Shown piece by piece: positions 1 through 8,822 of a stretch of DNA of 64,000 bases. Positions within the stretch are counted from its first letter, which is position 1; the number at the start of each line of letters is the position of its first letter. This DNA is from Treponemataceae bacterium (GTDB lineage Bacteria; Spirochaetota; Spirochaetia; Treponematales; Rectinemataceae): NCBI GenBank assembly GCA_963678065.2, contig CAXXVZ010000005.1:960001-1024000 (forward strand), given 5' to 3'. The notes below the pieces were generated by a model. It worked only from the letters and a program-made list of their open reading frames with translations, did no database searches and had not been told where the DNA came from. A program made the position numbers and the translations under genes.

Positions 1-461
1 ACCCCGGACTCGTGCGGCTGTTGCGCAGGGACGAGGCAAAAGATTCCGGCAGCGATCTTTCATCCGCGCGCTTCGTCGTTGCGGGGGGGCGCGGAGTCGG
101 ATCCAAAGAGGGATTCAGAACGCTCGAGCGTCTGGCAAAAGCGCTGGGAGGCGCGGTCGGGGCATCCCGCTCGGCGGTCGAAGCGGGATATGCCCCGTAC
201 TCGAAGCAGGTCGGACAGACCGGACTGACCATCCGTCCGGAACTATACCTGGCCTGCGGGATATCGGGATCGGTCCAGCACCTCGCGGGCATGTCGGGGG
301 CCGGCTGCGTCATCGCCATCAACGCGGACAGAAATGCGCCGATTTTCGACCACGCGGACTACGGCATTGTGGGAGATCTCCGCGTTGTCGTCGAAGCGAT
401 GATCAAGATTCTGGAGTCTCACTCCGGAAGCACCCTCGATTCCGCTCTCACATGTCCATGA
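1..461 (+). CDS. etfA: Electron transfer flavoprotein alpha subunit, C-terminal part (5' truncated by window edge)
   Basis: Motifs VVAGGRG, GASRSAV, QVGQTG, GISGSVQHLAGM and AINADRNAPIF of the ETF-alpha FAD domain. Confidence 0.93.
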   Translation, partial: PGLVRLLRRDEAKDSGSDLSSARFVVAGGRGVGSKEGFRTLERLAKALGGAVGASRSAVEAGYAPYSKQVGQTGLTIRPELYLACGISGSVQHLAGMSGAGCVIAINADRNAPIFDHADYGIVGDLRVVVEAMIKILESHSGSTLDSALTCP

Positions 462-1419
462 TGGCGCTGTAGACTGACATCGCATCCCGCCTCGCGAGGG
501 ATTCGTCGACGCCGCGCAGCTTCAGATTCCCGGCGATGGTCCGCGCCTTCTCGGTGGCTTTGATGCACAGGGCGCAGGCAGCGGCCGGGTCCACCCGGTG
601 GGGAAAGATGTCGAGCGAGAGCCAACCCCGGTACGAGCTTCGGTCGAGCCAGAGGCAGAACTCCACGAGCTCCCACCAGTGCGAAACTCCGGCGGCCATG
701 TCCCAGTCCCAGTCTCCCAGGTTGTCGTTCAGGTGAATGTGTCCGAGTTTGCCGTACGAAGCGAGGAGCGCGGCGGATTGGCTCGGGTTTTCGCCGCCAA
801 GGATCGCGTGTCCGAAGTCGAGGGTGACGCGGAGATTCGGGGCGCCGGCGGCCATGACAGCGAGCAGGGTTTGTGACGCGGAGTTCGGGACATTCCGCAC
901 ACGGGGTTCCTTTGCCTTGTACTCCACCGAAAGGCAGACCTCGGGAACGGCCGCCGCGCTCTCCTTCAGCCCCGAGACCAGGTCTTCCCAGAGTCGGGCA
1001 TAGTCAGCCTCGAAGGGATAATCGAAGCCGTCCTGCCCCATCCAGAGGTTCACGAGGCCGACGTTCATCGCTTTGGCGCAGGCCAGGCAGTCGGCGATCC
1101 TCGCGATCGCCTCGTCGCGGAGCTCTTTGCGCGGATTCGTGATGGAGCCCTGGGCCCAGCGCCTGTCGCCTGTGACGTTCACTGCCAGGGCGCTCACGGC
1201 GAGTCCCCGGTCGGCGGTGAACCGCGCGATGTCGCCTGAGGTTTCCGGGGTCACCGCTCCGGGCGCGAATGGCAGCTCGACGCCCGAGCATCCGGGCACT
1301 TTCGACGCCGACTCGATCTGGCTTTCGAGCGAAGGCCGGTCTCTGTAACCATGTGCCATATAGCGGTCAGGGACAGCGCCGAAGGCCCAGGTTCCGATGG
1401 AATAGCGGAAGGTTTCCAT
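448..1419 (-). CDS. Xylose-isomerase-like TIM-barrel sugar isomerase
   Basis: WMGQDGFDYPF, VEYKAKEPR, LDFGH, HIHLND..WDWD metal-binding motifs. Confidence 0.8.
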   Translation of the reverse strand: METFRYSIGTWAFGAVPDRYMAHGYRDRPSLESQIESASKVPGCSGVELPFAPGAVTPETSGDIARFTADRGLAVSALAVNVTGDRRWAQGSITNPRKELRDEAIARIADCLACAKAMNVGLVNLWMGQDGFDYPFEADYARLWEDLVSGLKESAAAVPEVCLSVEYKAKEPRVRNVPNSASQTLLAVMAAGAPNLRVTLDFGHAILGGENPSQSAALLASYGKLGHIHLNDNLGDWDWDMAAGVSHWWELVEFCLWLDRSSYRGWLSLDIFPHRVDPAAACALCIKATEKARTIAGNLKLRGVDESLARRDAMSVYSAIMDM

Positions 1420-1420
1420 G

Positions 1421-2302
1421 TCAGACCGCCTTTCCGGATCTGGCGGCGCGAGCGTCGGCGGAACCGCTGGCGGAACTACCTGCGCCGGCGCGCAAAAGCT
1501 TCAGCGCGAGGAATTCGGCGCAATCCCTCGCGCATTCGGTTGGAGTTCCCACCGGTTTTGCCTCCATGGAGAGATAGCCCTCGTAGCCCACTTCGGAGAG
1601 CGCGGCGATGAGGGCGTCGAAGTCGCAATGGCCTTTCCCCGCGCCCCGGCGATTCGAATCCGCCGCGTGGAAATGTCCGATCCGTCCCCGTGCGGCGCGC
1701 AGGGCAACCAGGGGATCGGGGTCTTCGATATTCATGTGGAACTGGTCGAGAAGAAGCATGGTTCCGTCGAGCTTGTAGTCGTGCAGGAACTCGAGGCACT
1801 CGAGGGTCGTATTCAGGGTGTTCACCTCGAAACGGTTGATGGGCTCGAGGCAGAGCGTTATTCCGCGTCCGGCACCGTATTCCGAAAGCCGCGCCACGCT
1901 GTCCGCCAACACCGAAAAGTAGTGTTTCCACGAGCGGTCAGCGGCTTTCATGCCCCTGCTGAAGCCGATGGGCATATAGGGGGCGCCGAAAATCGCCCCG
2001 TTGTCCATCTCCTTCTCGTATTCGGCGATGTAGCTCAATCGTCTTGCATCGACGACATCGGTGAAACTCGAACCTGTCGCCGACAGCGCGATCGGCAGAT
2101 AGTTCACGACTTCGATTCCGTGGCCGCGGAAAAGATCCGCCATGGCCCGGACCTCGTCCCCGGCGATGAAGCCGGAAAACAGGTCGACGCCCTCGTAGCC
2201 GAATGCCGCGCACTCGTCGAGAGCCCGGCCCATATCGCAGCCGTTGTAAACGATGTAGGGAAAAGATGCCGCGTGCGGGCACACCGCGATTCCAAGCTTC
2301 AT
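1421..2302 (-). CDS. Sugar phosphate isomerase/epimerase (tagatose 3-epimerase/IolO-like TIM barrel)
   Basis: LEPINRFE, LDQFHMNIE, HFHAADSNR, GKGH, LSME. Start moved to ATG 2302, after a GGAGG RBS. Confidence 0.85.
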   Translation of the reverse strand: MKLGIAVCPHAASFPYIVYNGCDMGRALDECAAFGYEGVDLFSGFIAGDEVRAMADLFRGHGIEVVNYLPIALSATGSSFTDVVDARRLSYIAEYEKEMDNGAIFGAPYMPIGFSRGMKAADRSWKHYFSVLADSVARLSEYGAGRGITLCLEPINRFEVNTLNTTLECLEFLHDYKLDGTMLLLDQFHMNIEDPDPLVALRAARGRIGHFHAADSNRRGAGKGHCDFDALIAALSEVGYEGYLSMEAKPVGTPTECARDCAEFLALKLLRAGAGSSASGSADARAARSGKAV

Positions 2303-2481
2303 ATGACAGCCTCCATGCACTCACGTTCCGGGTTTTCATGTTCCGTGTATTCACGTTCCGGCGGATCGGCGTATTCCATGTCGACGGACCTGCCCGAGCG
2401 CGAGGATTCGGCGATCGCCTCGATGACGGCGCTGACAATGCCGACGCCTATCCTCTTCCCTTTTTTCCATTGCTCCGACAT
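2299..2481 (-). pseudogene. Internally deleted Gfo/Idh/MocA-family oxidoreductase remnant (60 aa)
   Basis: AGGGAGG RBS. N-terminal KRIGVGIV is joined directly to C-terminal-type AVIEAIAESSRSGRSV. Its stop overlaps the next ATG (ATGA). Confidence 0.6.
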
Positions 2482-2533
2482 ATCGAGTCCTCCCTTGGCA
2501 GCGCCGGTTTCTTCAGAGAAACAGATCCAGCCT

Positions 2534-3208
2534 TTAAAGAAACAGTTCGAGCCTTTCGCCATCCAGCCCGGGGAACGCGCCCCGGACCATGAGCCGGGCG
2601 CAGTCAGGTCGGGCGATCAGCCACTTGTTTCTGGCGAACAAGAGACGGGACTCACCGGAATCGCCCAGTGGATGGTCTGGGTCGAGGGGCAGGTTCGTCC
2701 CCGCAGGCAGGACGACCAGGGAGCGATAGCCCCGCCCGGAAGTCCTGCACGGGGCAAAATGCAGGGTCCCCGCGTACAGCTCGACGGGAACGCCGGCGGG
2801 CAGGAAGAATGATTCGATGGCATCATCATGCAGGTGCCCGTCTTCGAGCCAGGAAGCCCTGGCCAGAAACAGGACAATGTCCGAGTCCGCGACAGTGACC
2901 TCGGGACTCTTGTGGTATTCGAGCGCGTCGAGGCCGGCGGTCATGCCGTTGCAGTACCCGAGCTGCAGGTCCATCGCCCCGAACACTCCGTCCGAGACAG
3001 CGCGACGCAGGGGCAGGGCCTCAAGTTCCGGGAGGGACGGCACATAGACAGCCCCTTCCGGAATGCCGGTCGAGGATTCCAGACAGCGCAGCGCATCGGC
3101 GAAGTCGATGCCCTCCACGACATGGCCGTATTCCCTGAAGCGCCTGTCGTTCGCCGAGAATATCTGATACCTGTTGCGCCCGTTCAAGATTTCCGAGAGC
3201 ATGGACAC
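2534..3208 (-). CDS. DUF4867-family (cupin-like) protein
   Basis: QLGYCNG..LDALEYHKSPEV, VELYAGTLHFAPC, VVLPAGTN, LFARNKWLIA. Confidence 0.75.
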   Translation of the reverse strand: MSMLSEILNGRNRYQIFSANDRRFREYGHVVEGIDFADALRCLESSTGIPEGAVYVPSLPELEALPLRRAVSDGVFGAMDLQLGYCNGMTAGLDALEYHKSPEVTVADSDIVLFLARASWLEDGHLHDDAIESFFLPAGVPVELYAGTLHFAPCRTSGRGYRSLVVLPAGTNLPLDPDHPLGDSGESRLLFARNKWLIARPDCARLMVRGAFPGLDGERLELFL

Positions 3209-3217
3209 CTCCTTTCC

Positions 3218-4213
3218 TCAGGAAGGCTGTTTCAAGTGCGAATCGAAGGCTCTTTCGGGAGCGGAGCGCTGAAGCCGGCGGACGAAAGCGAGGGATTCCT
3301 CCGCGCCTTCGCGCCTGTCCATCCCGTTGTCCTCCCATTCGACCGAGAGGGGGCCCGCGTAGCCGATGTCGTCGAGGGCGCGGATCATCTCTTCGAAATC
3401 CACGTCGCCGCGGCTCACCGACCTGAAGTTCCAGGTGCGGCGGCTGTCGCCGAAGGGCAGGTGAGATCCCAAAAGCCCCCGCCTGCCGTTCTCGCGGATC
3501 GCCACATCCTTCATGTGGGCGTGCCGCACGAAGGGCGCGAATTCCCGGATGAACCCGGCCGGATCTATCCCCTGCCACAGAAGATGGCTGGGATCCACGT
3601 TGAGGCCGAAAGCCTCGTGACGCTCGAGTTCCGCGATCAGGCGCTCAGTCGAGTAAAAGTCGAAGGCGATCTCGGAGGGGTGCGGTTCGAGGGCGAGACT
3701 CACTCCCGCGGAGCGGAATTCGTCCAGGATGGGCCGCCACAGCCCGGCTACACGAGCGTATCCTTCGTCTATCATCGAATCGGGAGTGGGCGGAAACGAG
3801 TAGAGGTATGGCCAGATGGGCGAGCCCATGAAGGTAGTGACCACGGCGCATCCCAGGTTCCTGGCGGCTGCCGGAACGGCCATCATCGAGTCGATGGCCC
3901 ACTGCCTGATGTCTTCGGGTTTTCCCCGCAGCGATTCGGGAACCAGGGCGTCGAGGCGGGGATCGGGCCAATCGGCGACGCACTTGCCGATCGCGTGGGA
4001 GGAGAGCGCCCAGCAGCGCAGCTTTCCCGTCCCGAGCGTGGCGAGAAGCTCGTCGCAATACGCGCGGCTCGCGGCCGCTTTCTCGAGGGAGAGGAATGCG
4101 GGCCTGATGGCGAGTTCGAGCCCGTCGTAGCCCATCGAGGCGGCCGCGTCGCAGAGACCCGCAAGTCCGAGGTCCGACCACTGGCCGCTCGTGAGCGTGA
4201 CGGGGCGCTTCAC
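3218..4213 (-). CDS. IolE/MocC-like TIM-barrel isomerase/dehydratase
   Basis: RPVTLTSGQWSDL N-terminus, LEPHPSE, DPSHLLWQ, HAHMKD, LSVEWED. GTG start at 4213 overlaps the upstream TGA. Confidence 0.85.
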   Translation of the reverse strand: MKRPVTLTSGQWSDLGLAGLCDAAASMGYDGLELAIRPAFLSLEKAAASRAYCDELLATLGTGKLRCWALSSHAIGKCVADWPDPRLDALVPESLRGKPEDIRQWAIDSMMAVPAAARNLGCAVVTTFMGSPIWPYLYSFPPTPDSMIDEGYARVAGLWRPILDEFRSAGVSLALEPHPSEIAFDFYSTERLIAELERHEAFGLNVDPSHLLWQGIDPAGFIREFAPFVRHAHMKDVAIRENGRRGLLGSHLPFGDSRRTWNFRSVSRGDVDFEEMIRALDDIGYAGPLSVEWEDNGMDRREGAEESLAFVRRLQRSAPERAFDSHLKQPS

Positions 4214-5184
4214 CTCGCGTCCCCCGCACGGCGCACAAGCGCCGCGCCGCCGAGGAATCGCTCGACTTCGACTTCCGACGGGATGCCCTTCCGTCCGCCT
4301 GGCCTCGAACACTTGATGGCCGAACTCGCGCTCGCGAAGCGGACGCAATCCTCTAGCGGCATCCCTCGCAGATAACGGTGCGCGAAGGCCCCGTGAAACA
4401 CATCGCCCGCGGCGTTCGTGCTGACGACAGGTCCCGGCGCCTCGAAACAAGGGTAGCGCCGCACCGCGCCGCCTTCGAGGTAAAACCCGCCCTTCTCTCC
4501 CTGGGTGACGACGAATATTCCGGGACGGTATTTCTCCATGATGCGGAACGCCGCGGTTTCCGGATTCGCGGAGTGACCGAACTCGGTCACGAAAGCTTCG
4601 GATGCGATGAGGATCTCCGTGAAGGCCAGGACTCTCTCGATGCCGGGGTAGGGACTGCCCGCGTCCAGAAGCACTTTCGTCCCCGCCGCCCGGGCGATGG
4701 CCGAGGCGCGCGCGGCCGCATCGATGTGGTTTCCGTCGAGGTAGAGCATGCGGGCTCCCGCCACCGCGGCCTCCGGGAGTTCGCCGGGTTCGAGCGACGG
4801 AACCGTGCCTTTCGTCCAGAGGATTGTCCTGGATGATGTCTTCTTCGAATTGATGACGACGGCCGAACCAGCGACGAGTCCCGGCTTCATGACGACGAGG
4901 GAGGTATCGACGCCATAGCGCGAGAAGTCTTCGAGCATGGCCGCCGAATAGGCGTCATCGGAGAAAACGCCGAGGAAGGCCGCCCTGGCTCCCATCCGCG
5001 CCGCGGCGACGAGGCCGGTCGCCGCGGGCCCTCCGCAGTGGAAGGACTGGGCGTCGATCCTGAGCTTCGTGTCCTCATCCGGGTATTCGGACGCGTCGAG
5101 CACGATGTCGTAGAGAGAGGCCCCGATGGCGACGATATCGTAGCCCCGATGGCGATCCAGATCCCCGCCGGATGCCGGAATCAT
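4210..5184 (-). CDS. PfkB-family carbohydrate kinase
   Basis: GGPAATG, VVTQGEKG, STNAAGDVFHGAF. ATGA coupling with the aldolase. Confidence 0.88.
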   Translation of the reverse strand: MIPASGGDLDRHRGYDIVAIGASLYDIVLDASEYPDEDTKLRIDAQSFHCGGPAATGLVAAARMGARAAFLGVFSDDAYSAAMLEDFSRYGVDTSLVVMKPGLVAGSAVVINSKKTSSRTILWTKGTVPSLEPGELPEAAVAGARMLYLDGNHIDAAARASAIARAAGTKVLLDAGSPYPGIERVLAFTEILIASEAFVTEFGHSANPETAAFRIMEKYRPGIFVVTQGEKGGFYLEGGAVRRYPCFEAPGPVVSTNAAGDVFHGAFAHRYLRGMPLEDCVRFASASSAIKCSRPGGRKGIPSEVEVERFLGGAALVRRAGDAR

Positions 5185-6026
5185 GCCTTCCCCCCCGATC
5201 CGAAGACGCTTATCCTGTCGGCGACGAATTCGTCGATGCAGGACTTCGCGGCCAGAAGGAAGATATCCAGAGGCTTCGAATAGACGGGATCGTCGGAGGC
5301 GAGACTCCTGAATCCGCGATAGAAGGCCTGGCAAATGTCGGTCGCGACGTTGACCTTGCGTATTCCCGCGGCTATCGCCTTGCGGATTTCGGCGTCGGGG
5401 ATTCCCGAGCCGCCGTGGAGCACGAGAGGCAGACCCGCGCGTTTTTTGATGGCCGCGATGCGCTCTATGTCGAGCTTGGGCTCGATTTTGTAGGCGCCGT
5501 GAGCCGAGCCGACCATCACGGCCAGCGCGTCCACTTTCGTCCTCTCCACGAATTCCGCGGCGGCTTCCGGATCGGTGAAGGTCGAGCTGTCGATCTCCTG
5601 GTCAGCCCTGCCGACATGGCCCAACTCAGCCTCGACGCTGACGTCCACATGCCGGGCCAGGCGGACGATGCCGGCGGTCAGTTCGACATTGCGCTCGAAG
5701 TCGAGCTCGGATCCGTCTATCATCACGCTCGTGTAACCGTTGCGTATCGCCCTCATGACTTCGCGTTCCCCGGCCCCGTGGTCGAGGTGAAGGGCGACGG
5801 GAAGCCTGGAACGCGAGACCATGGCCCCGACGCAGACGGAGACATTCATCGCGTCGCGCGACGAAAAGAGTCGGTTGTAGACCTGTACGATCACGGGCGA
5901 ACGAAGTCTCTCGGCTGTCCGTATGATGGATTCGGCCGTTTCGACGTTGTAGGCGTTGAACGCGGGTACGGCATAGCCGCCGCGTTCGGCTTCGGTCATG
6001 AGTTCGACGAGTGAAACCAGTGCCAT
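5181..6026 (-). CDS. Class II (Zn) ketose-bisphosphate aldolase (Fba/GatY/IolJ family)
   Basis: AVPAFN, LHLDHG, SVMIDGS, EAELGHVG, GSAHG, LVLHGGSG, KVNVAT. Confidence 0.93.
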   Translation of the reverse strand: MALVSLVELMTEAERGGYAVPAFNAYNVETAESIIRTAERLRSPVIVQVYNRLFSSRDAMNVSVCVGAMVSRSRLPVALHLDHGAGEREVMRAIRNGYTSVMIDGSELDFERNVELTAGIVRLARHVDVSVEAELGHVGRADQEIDSSTFTDPEAAAEFVERTKVDALAVMVGSAHGAYKIEPKLDIERIAAIKKRAGLPLVLHGGSGIPDAEIRKAIAAGIRKVNVATDICQAFYRGFRSLASDDPVYSKPLDIFLLAAKSCIDEFVADRISVFGSGGKA

Positions 6027-6047
6027 TGCAGTGCGCTCCTTTGTCGT

Positions 6048-7442
6048 TTACATCGCATCCAGGGCCAGGCCCGGGACGAACTTGCAGAACTCCGCGAGCG
6101 CTTCGGTGTAGTCGCCCTCGATCTCCGCCATGTGGTGGATGTACGGCCCCTCGATGAGCTTCTTCTCCAGCGCGGGGAGGTTGGGAAACTTCGCCCAGAG
6201 GTAGTTGCCGAAAGTGTAGGGGCCCGCGGTCGTCCCGAAACTTCCCTCGAGAAGCGAATAGTTCCCCTTCAGCGCGTCCATCCGGGCTATCGTATAATGC
6301 CCGTCCTTGAGCTGGAAATTGCACTTGAAGTTGAAGACCGAGGCATTCACCTCCGGTTTCTTGAGCGAATAGGCCACGGGACCGCAGTGCCACAGAAGTT
6401 CCGCGTTCGGATCCTCCGGATGGCGCACGGTGAATTCGATGAAGAAGGGTTTTTTTACGCCCCGGCTCGCGGCGGAGAGGAGGGCCATCGTGATCGCGCC
6501 GTGGATGTCGGATTCGCAGGTCACGATGATCCCTTCATCCGCGATTTCGCTCATGGCGCAGCAGGGCATCGCGTCCACCGCGATCTGCATCGCCGTCCAG
6601 CACTCGGTGGAGATGACATCGCAGCCGGTCTCTTCGCGGATTTCGCGGTACAGGCGCTTGAAGGCCATCATCCTGGCGAGCTGTTCGTCGGGGATCGCGC
6701 CGACATCGTAGCGCGACTTGAACGAGGCCACGGCCGCGGCGAGTTCCTCGCGGGACGACTCCATGATCGCTGCGTGTTTCTTGATCACAAGGGCGAGATT
6801 CACGGGAATGACCTGGATCCGGAATTTTTCCATGAGCTCGGCCTCGTTCACCATGACGCTGGCGAAGGGTTTCGGCCGGCAGCCCACCTGGGCGACCTTG
6901 AGTCCCTTGAAATTTTTCACCATGCAGGCGACGGACAGGAATTTCTGAAAATCCTTCCCGAACACGGGATCGGTGACACGGCAGTTCTCGATGTGGCTGA
7001 AGGGCACATCGCAGCGGTGCAGGTATTTCGCCATGGCGAAGAGCCCGCATTGGGCGTCCGTGTACCTCGTCCCATCCGGCTCGAAATGGATGTCCTTGGG
7101 CGCCCAGATCAGAACAGGAACGCCGCAGGCCGCCGCAAGCTGGCCCGCGGCCTCCTCGTTGCCGAAATTGCAGTTGATAAGGAAGAGAGCGTCGATCTTC
7201 TCCCTCGCGAAACGCTCGGCCACAGCGGGAACATCCCGCTCGTCGTACAAAAGGCCTTCCTCATTGAGATACTCCAGGTCGACAAACGATATCGAGTCGT
7301 CGCTCCCGAACGTGTTTCGAAGCCAGGCGAGCACTTCCGTCTTGCTTGCCCGCGCATAGTCCTGGTTGAAAATACCTGTTCTCTTGCCCGGCAAATTCCT
7401 GCGTATGGGCGCAAGGCCTATTCTCACGGTGTAATCAAGCAT
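6048..7442 (-). CDS. L-fucose/L-arabinose isomerase family protein
   Basis: NFGNEE, DAQCG, ECW, CESDIHGAIT, WHCG, PYIHH. ATG 7442 follows a GAGGAGG RBS. Confidence 0.85.
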   Translation of the reverse strand: MLDYTVRIGLAPIRRNLPGKRTGIFNQDYARASKTEVLAWLRNTFGSDDSISFVDLEYLNEEGLLYDERDVPAVAERFAREKIDALFLINCNFGNEEAAGQLAAACGVPVLIWAPKDIHFEPDGTRYTDAQCGLFAMAKYLHRCDVPFSHIENCRVTDPVFGKDFQKFLSVACMVKNFKGLKVAQVGCRPKPFASVMVNEAELMEKFRIQVIPVNLALVIKKHAAIMESSREELAAAVASFKSRYDVGAIPDEQLARMMAFKRLYREIREETGCDVISTECWTAMQIAVDAMPCCAMSEIADEGIIVTCESDIHGAITMALLSAASRGVKKPFFIEFTVRHPEDPNAELLWHCGPVAYSLKKPEVNASVFNFKCNFQLKDGHYTIARMDALKGNYSLLEGSFGTTAGPYTFGNYLWAKFPNLPALEKKLIEGPYIHHMAEIEGDYTEALAEFCKFVPGLALDAM

Positions 7443-7472
7443 CGGGAACCTCCTCAAAGTGTCTTCCGGGCT

Positions 7473-7509
7473 AGGATACATCTACTGTAGCAAAATTACA
7501 ACTTATTTT
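7473..7509 (-). promoter_or_regulatory. Putative sigma70 promoter of the leftward operon (TTGTAA-17-TATCCT)
   Basis: AT-rich divergent region. AAAATAAGTTGTAA overlaps the -35. Confidence 0.45.
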
Positions 7510-7546
7510 GTAAAATTCTGATTGATAATGATAATATTCTAAAAAT

Positions 7547-7755
7547 ATCACTCCCGCGGCAATCCCATTTTTTACTGACGGGTTATGACAAAGAAGCCGA
7601 CGCCACGCAGCATCCCATCGGAAAAATCGCCATTTCTGCATGTTTTCTATAATATTCAACAAAATACTCCGACAAAGGAGGAAGAATACACAGGATTTCA
7701 TGCAAAACCCCCGCTTGGCTGCTCAAAATCTCTGACCGGAATCACTCCCGCGGCA
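7547..7755. repeat. 15-bp direct repeat ATCACTCCCGCGGCA (7547-7561, 7741-7755)
   Basis: Two exact copies in the AT-rich intergenic region. Confidence 0.85.
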
Positions 7756-7797
7756 CAGCTGAAAAGGTCATTTGGAATATCGGTTACATTAATCAAA

Positions 7798-7834
7798 AAA
7801 ATAACTTGTAAAAAAGTTTTATGCATGGTACACT
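7798..7834 (+). promoter_or_regulatory. Putative promoter of the iolB-like operon (TTGTAA-17-TACACT, extended -10 TG)
   Basis: Canonical spacing. AAAATAACTTGTAA overlaps the -35. Confidence 0.55.
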
Positions 7835-7895
7835 ATTTCTGGATGTGAGCTACAAGAGTTTTCACAGTCGCGCTCACAACCGGGGGTGCCAGCCA

Positions 7896-8714
7896 ATGAG
7901 TTACAAAAAAACATATGTCCGTCACGAGGGATACACTTCGCTCTGCGGGCCGGAAAACTCCTCGCTCGGAATGCTTCGCTTCGGGATGATCGACCTTTCG
8001 GCCGCCACTGTACTCACATTCGATACCGAGGAAACCGAGACAGCCTTCATTGTGCTTTCCGGAACCTGCGACATCGAATCGGACTCGATCTCCTGGAAAG
8101 ATGTGGGCCGCCGCAGAACGGTGTTCGAGGGCAAAGCCTTCTCAGCCTATCTGCCGAGAAGGACAAAAGTCGCGATACGGGCCACAACCAAGGTTAAAAT
8201 AGCCGTCGTCCAGTCCCCCATCGCCGAGGATACGCCCCCGACGCTCGTGAAGCCCGAGGATGTGAAGACCGCGGTGCTCGGAAAGCCGACCTGGATGCGC
8301 GACACCCACTTCATCGTCGACGATCGCGTCCCCTCCAAACGCCTCTATGTCGGCGAAGCCTTCATCAATCCCGGCAACTGGGCCGGATTCCCGCCGCACA
8401 AGCACGATGTCGACGACATGCCGGACGAGGCCATCCTCGAGGAAGTCTACTATTACCTGTTCGAACCCTCGCAGGGCTTTGCGATGCAGCGGCTGTACAC
8501 CGCGGACGGATCGATCGACGAAGCCTATGTGGTAAAGAGCGACGATCTCGTCGAATTCCCCAGAGGCTACCACCCTGTCGTGAATGCTCCCGGGTACACC
8601 TGCTACTTCCTGTGGGCGATGGCCGGAGAACACCGGGGCTTCTTCCGCCGCAGCGACCCGGAGCACGAATGGGTCTCGGCCCTGGAAACCTATCTCAAAA
8701 AGAACGGCATGTAG
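7896..8714 (+). CDS. iolB: 5-deoxy-glucuronate isomerase (IolB/KduI family)
   Basis: GRRRTVFEG, GNWAGFPPHKHD, LEEVYYY, QGFAMQRLY, PRGYHP, YFLWAMAG. Confidence 0.88.
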   Translation: MSYKKTYVRHEGYTSLCGPENSSLGMLRFGMIDLSAATVLTFDTEETETAFIVLSGTCDIESDSISWKDVGRRRTVFEGKAFSAYLPRRTKVAIRATTKVKIAVVQSPIAEDTPPTLVKPEDVKTAVLGKPTWMRDTHFIVDDRVPSKRLYVGEAFINPGNWAGFPPHKHDVDDMPDEAILEEVYYYLFEPSQGFAMQRLYTADGSIDEAYVVKSDDLVEFPRGYHPVVNAPGYTCYFLWAMAGEHRGFFRRSDPEHEWVSALETYLKKNGM

Positions 8715-8822
8715 ACTCCGGACCGCCGCGACCTCCGGAAAGATTTTGGGCGGGTTTTGCGCGTGGCTGTATGACGGCCTTCATGGCCGCGTTTATACGG
8801 ATATTTCACAAGGAGGAGAGAG

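Noticed and set aside
4210..6026. Sulfoglycolysis (sulfo-EMP or sulfo-TAL) assignment
   Set aside because: No GH31 sulfoquinovosidase, recognisable SQ isomerase, sulfolactaldehyde reductase or sulfonate exporter is present.
448..8714. Complete canonical myo-inositol operon
   Set aside because: No ThDP-dependent IolD and no intact IolG in the window.
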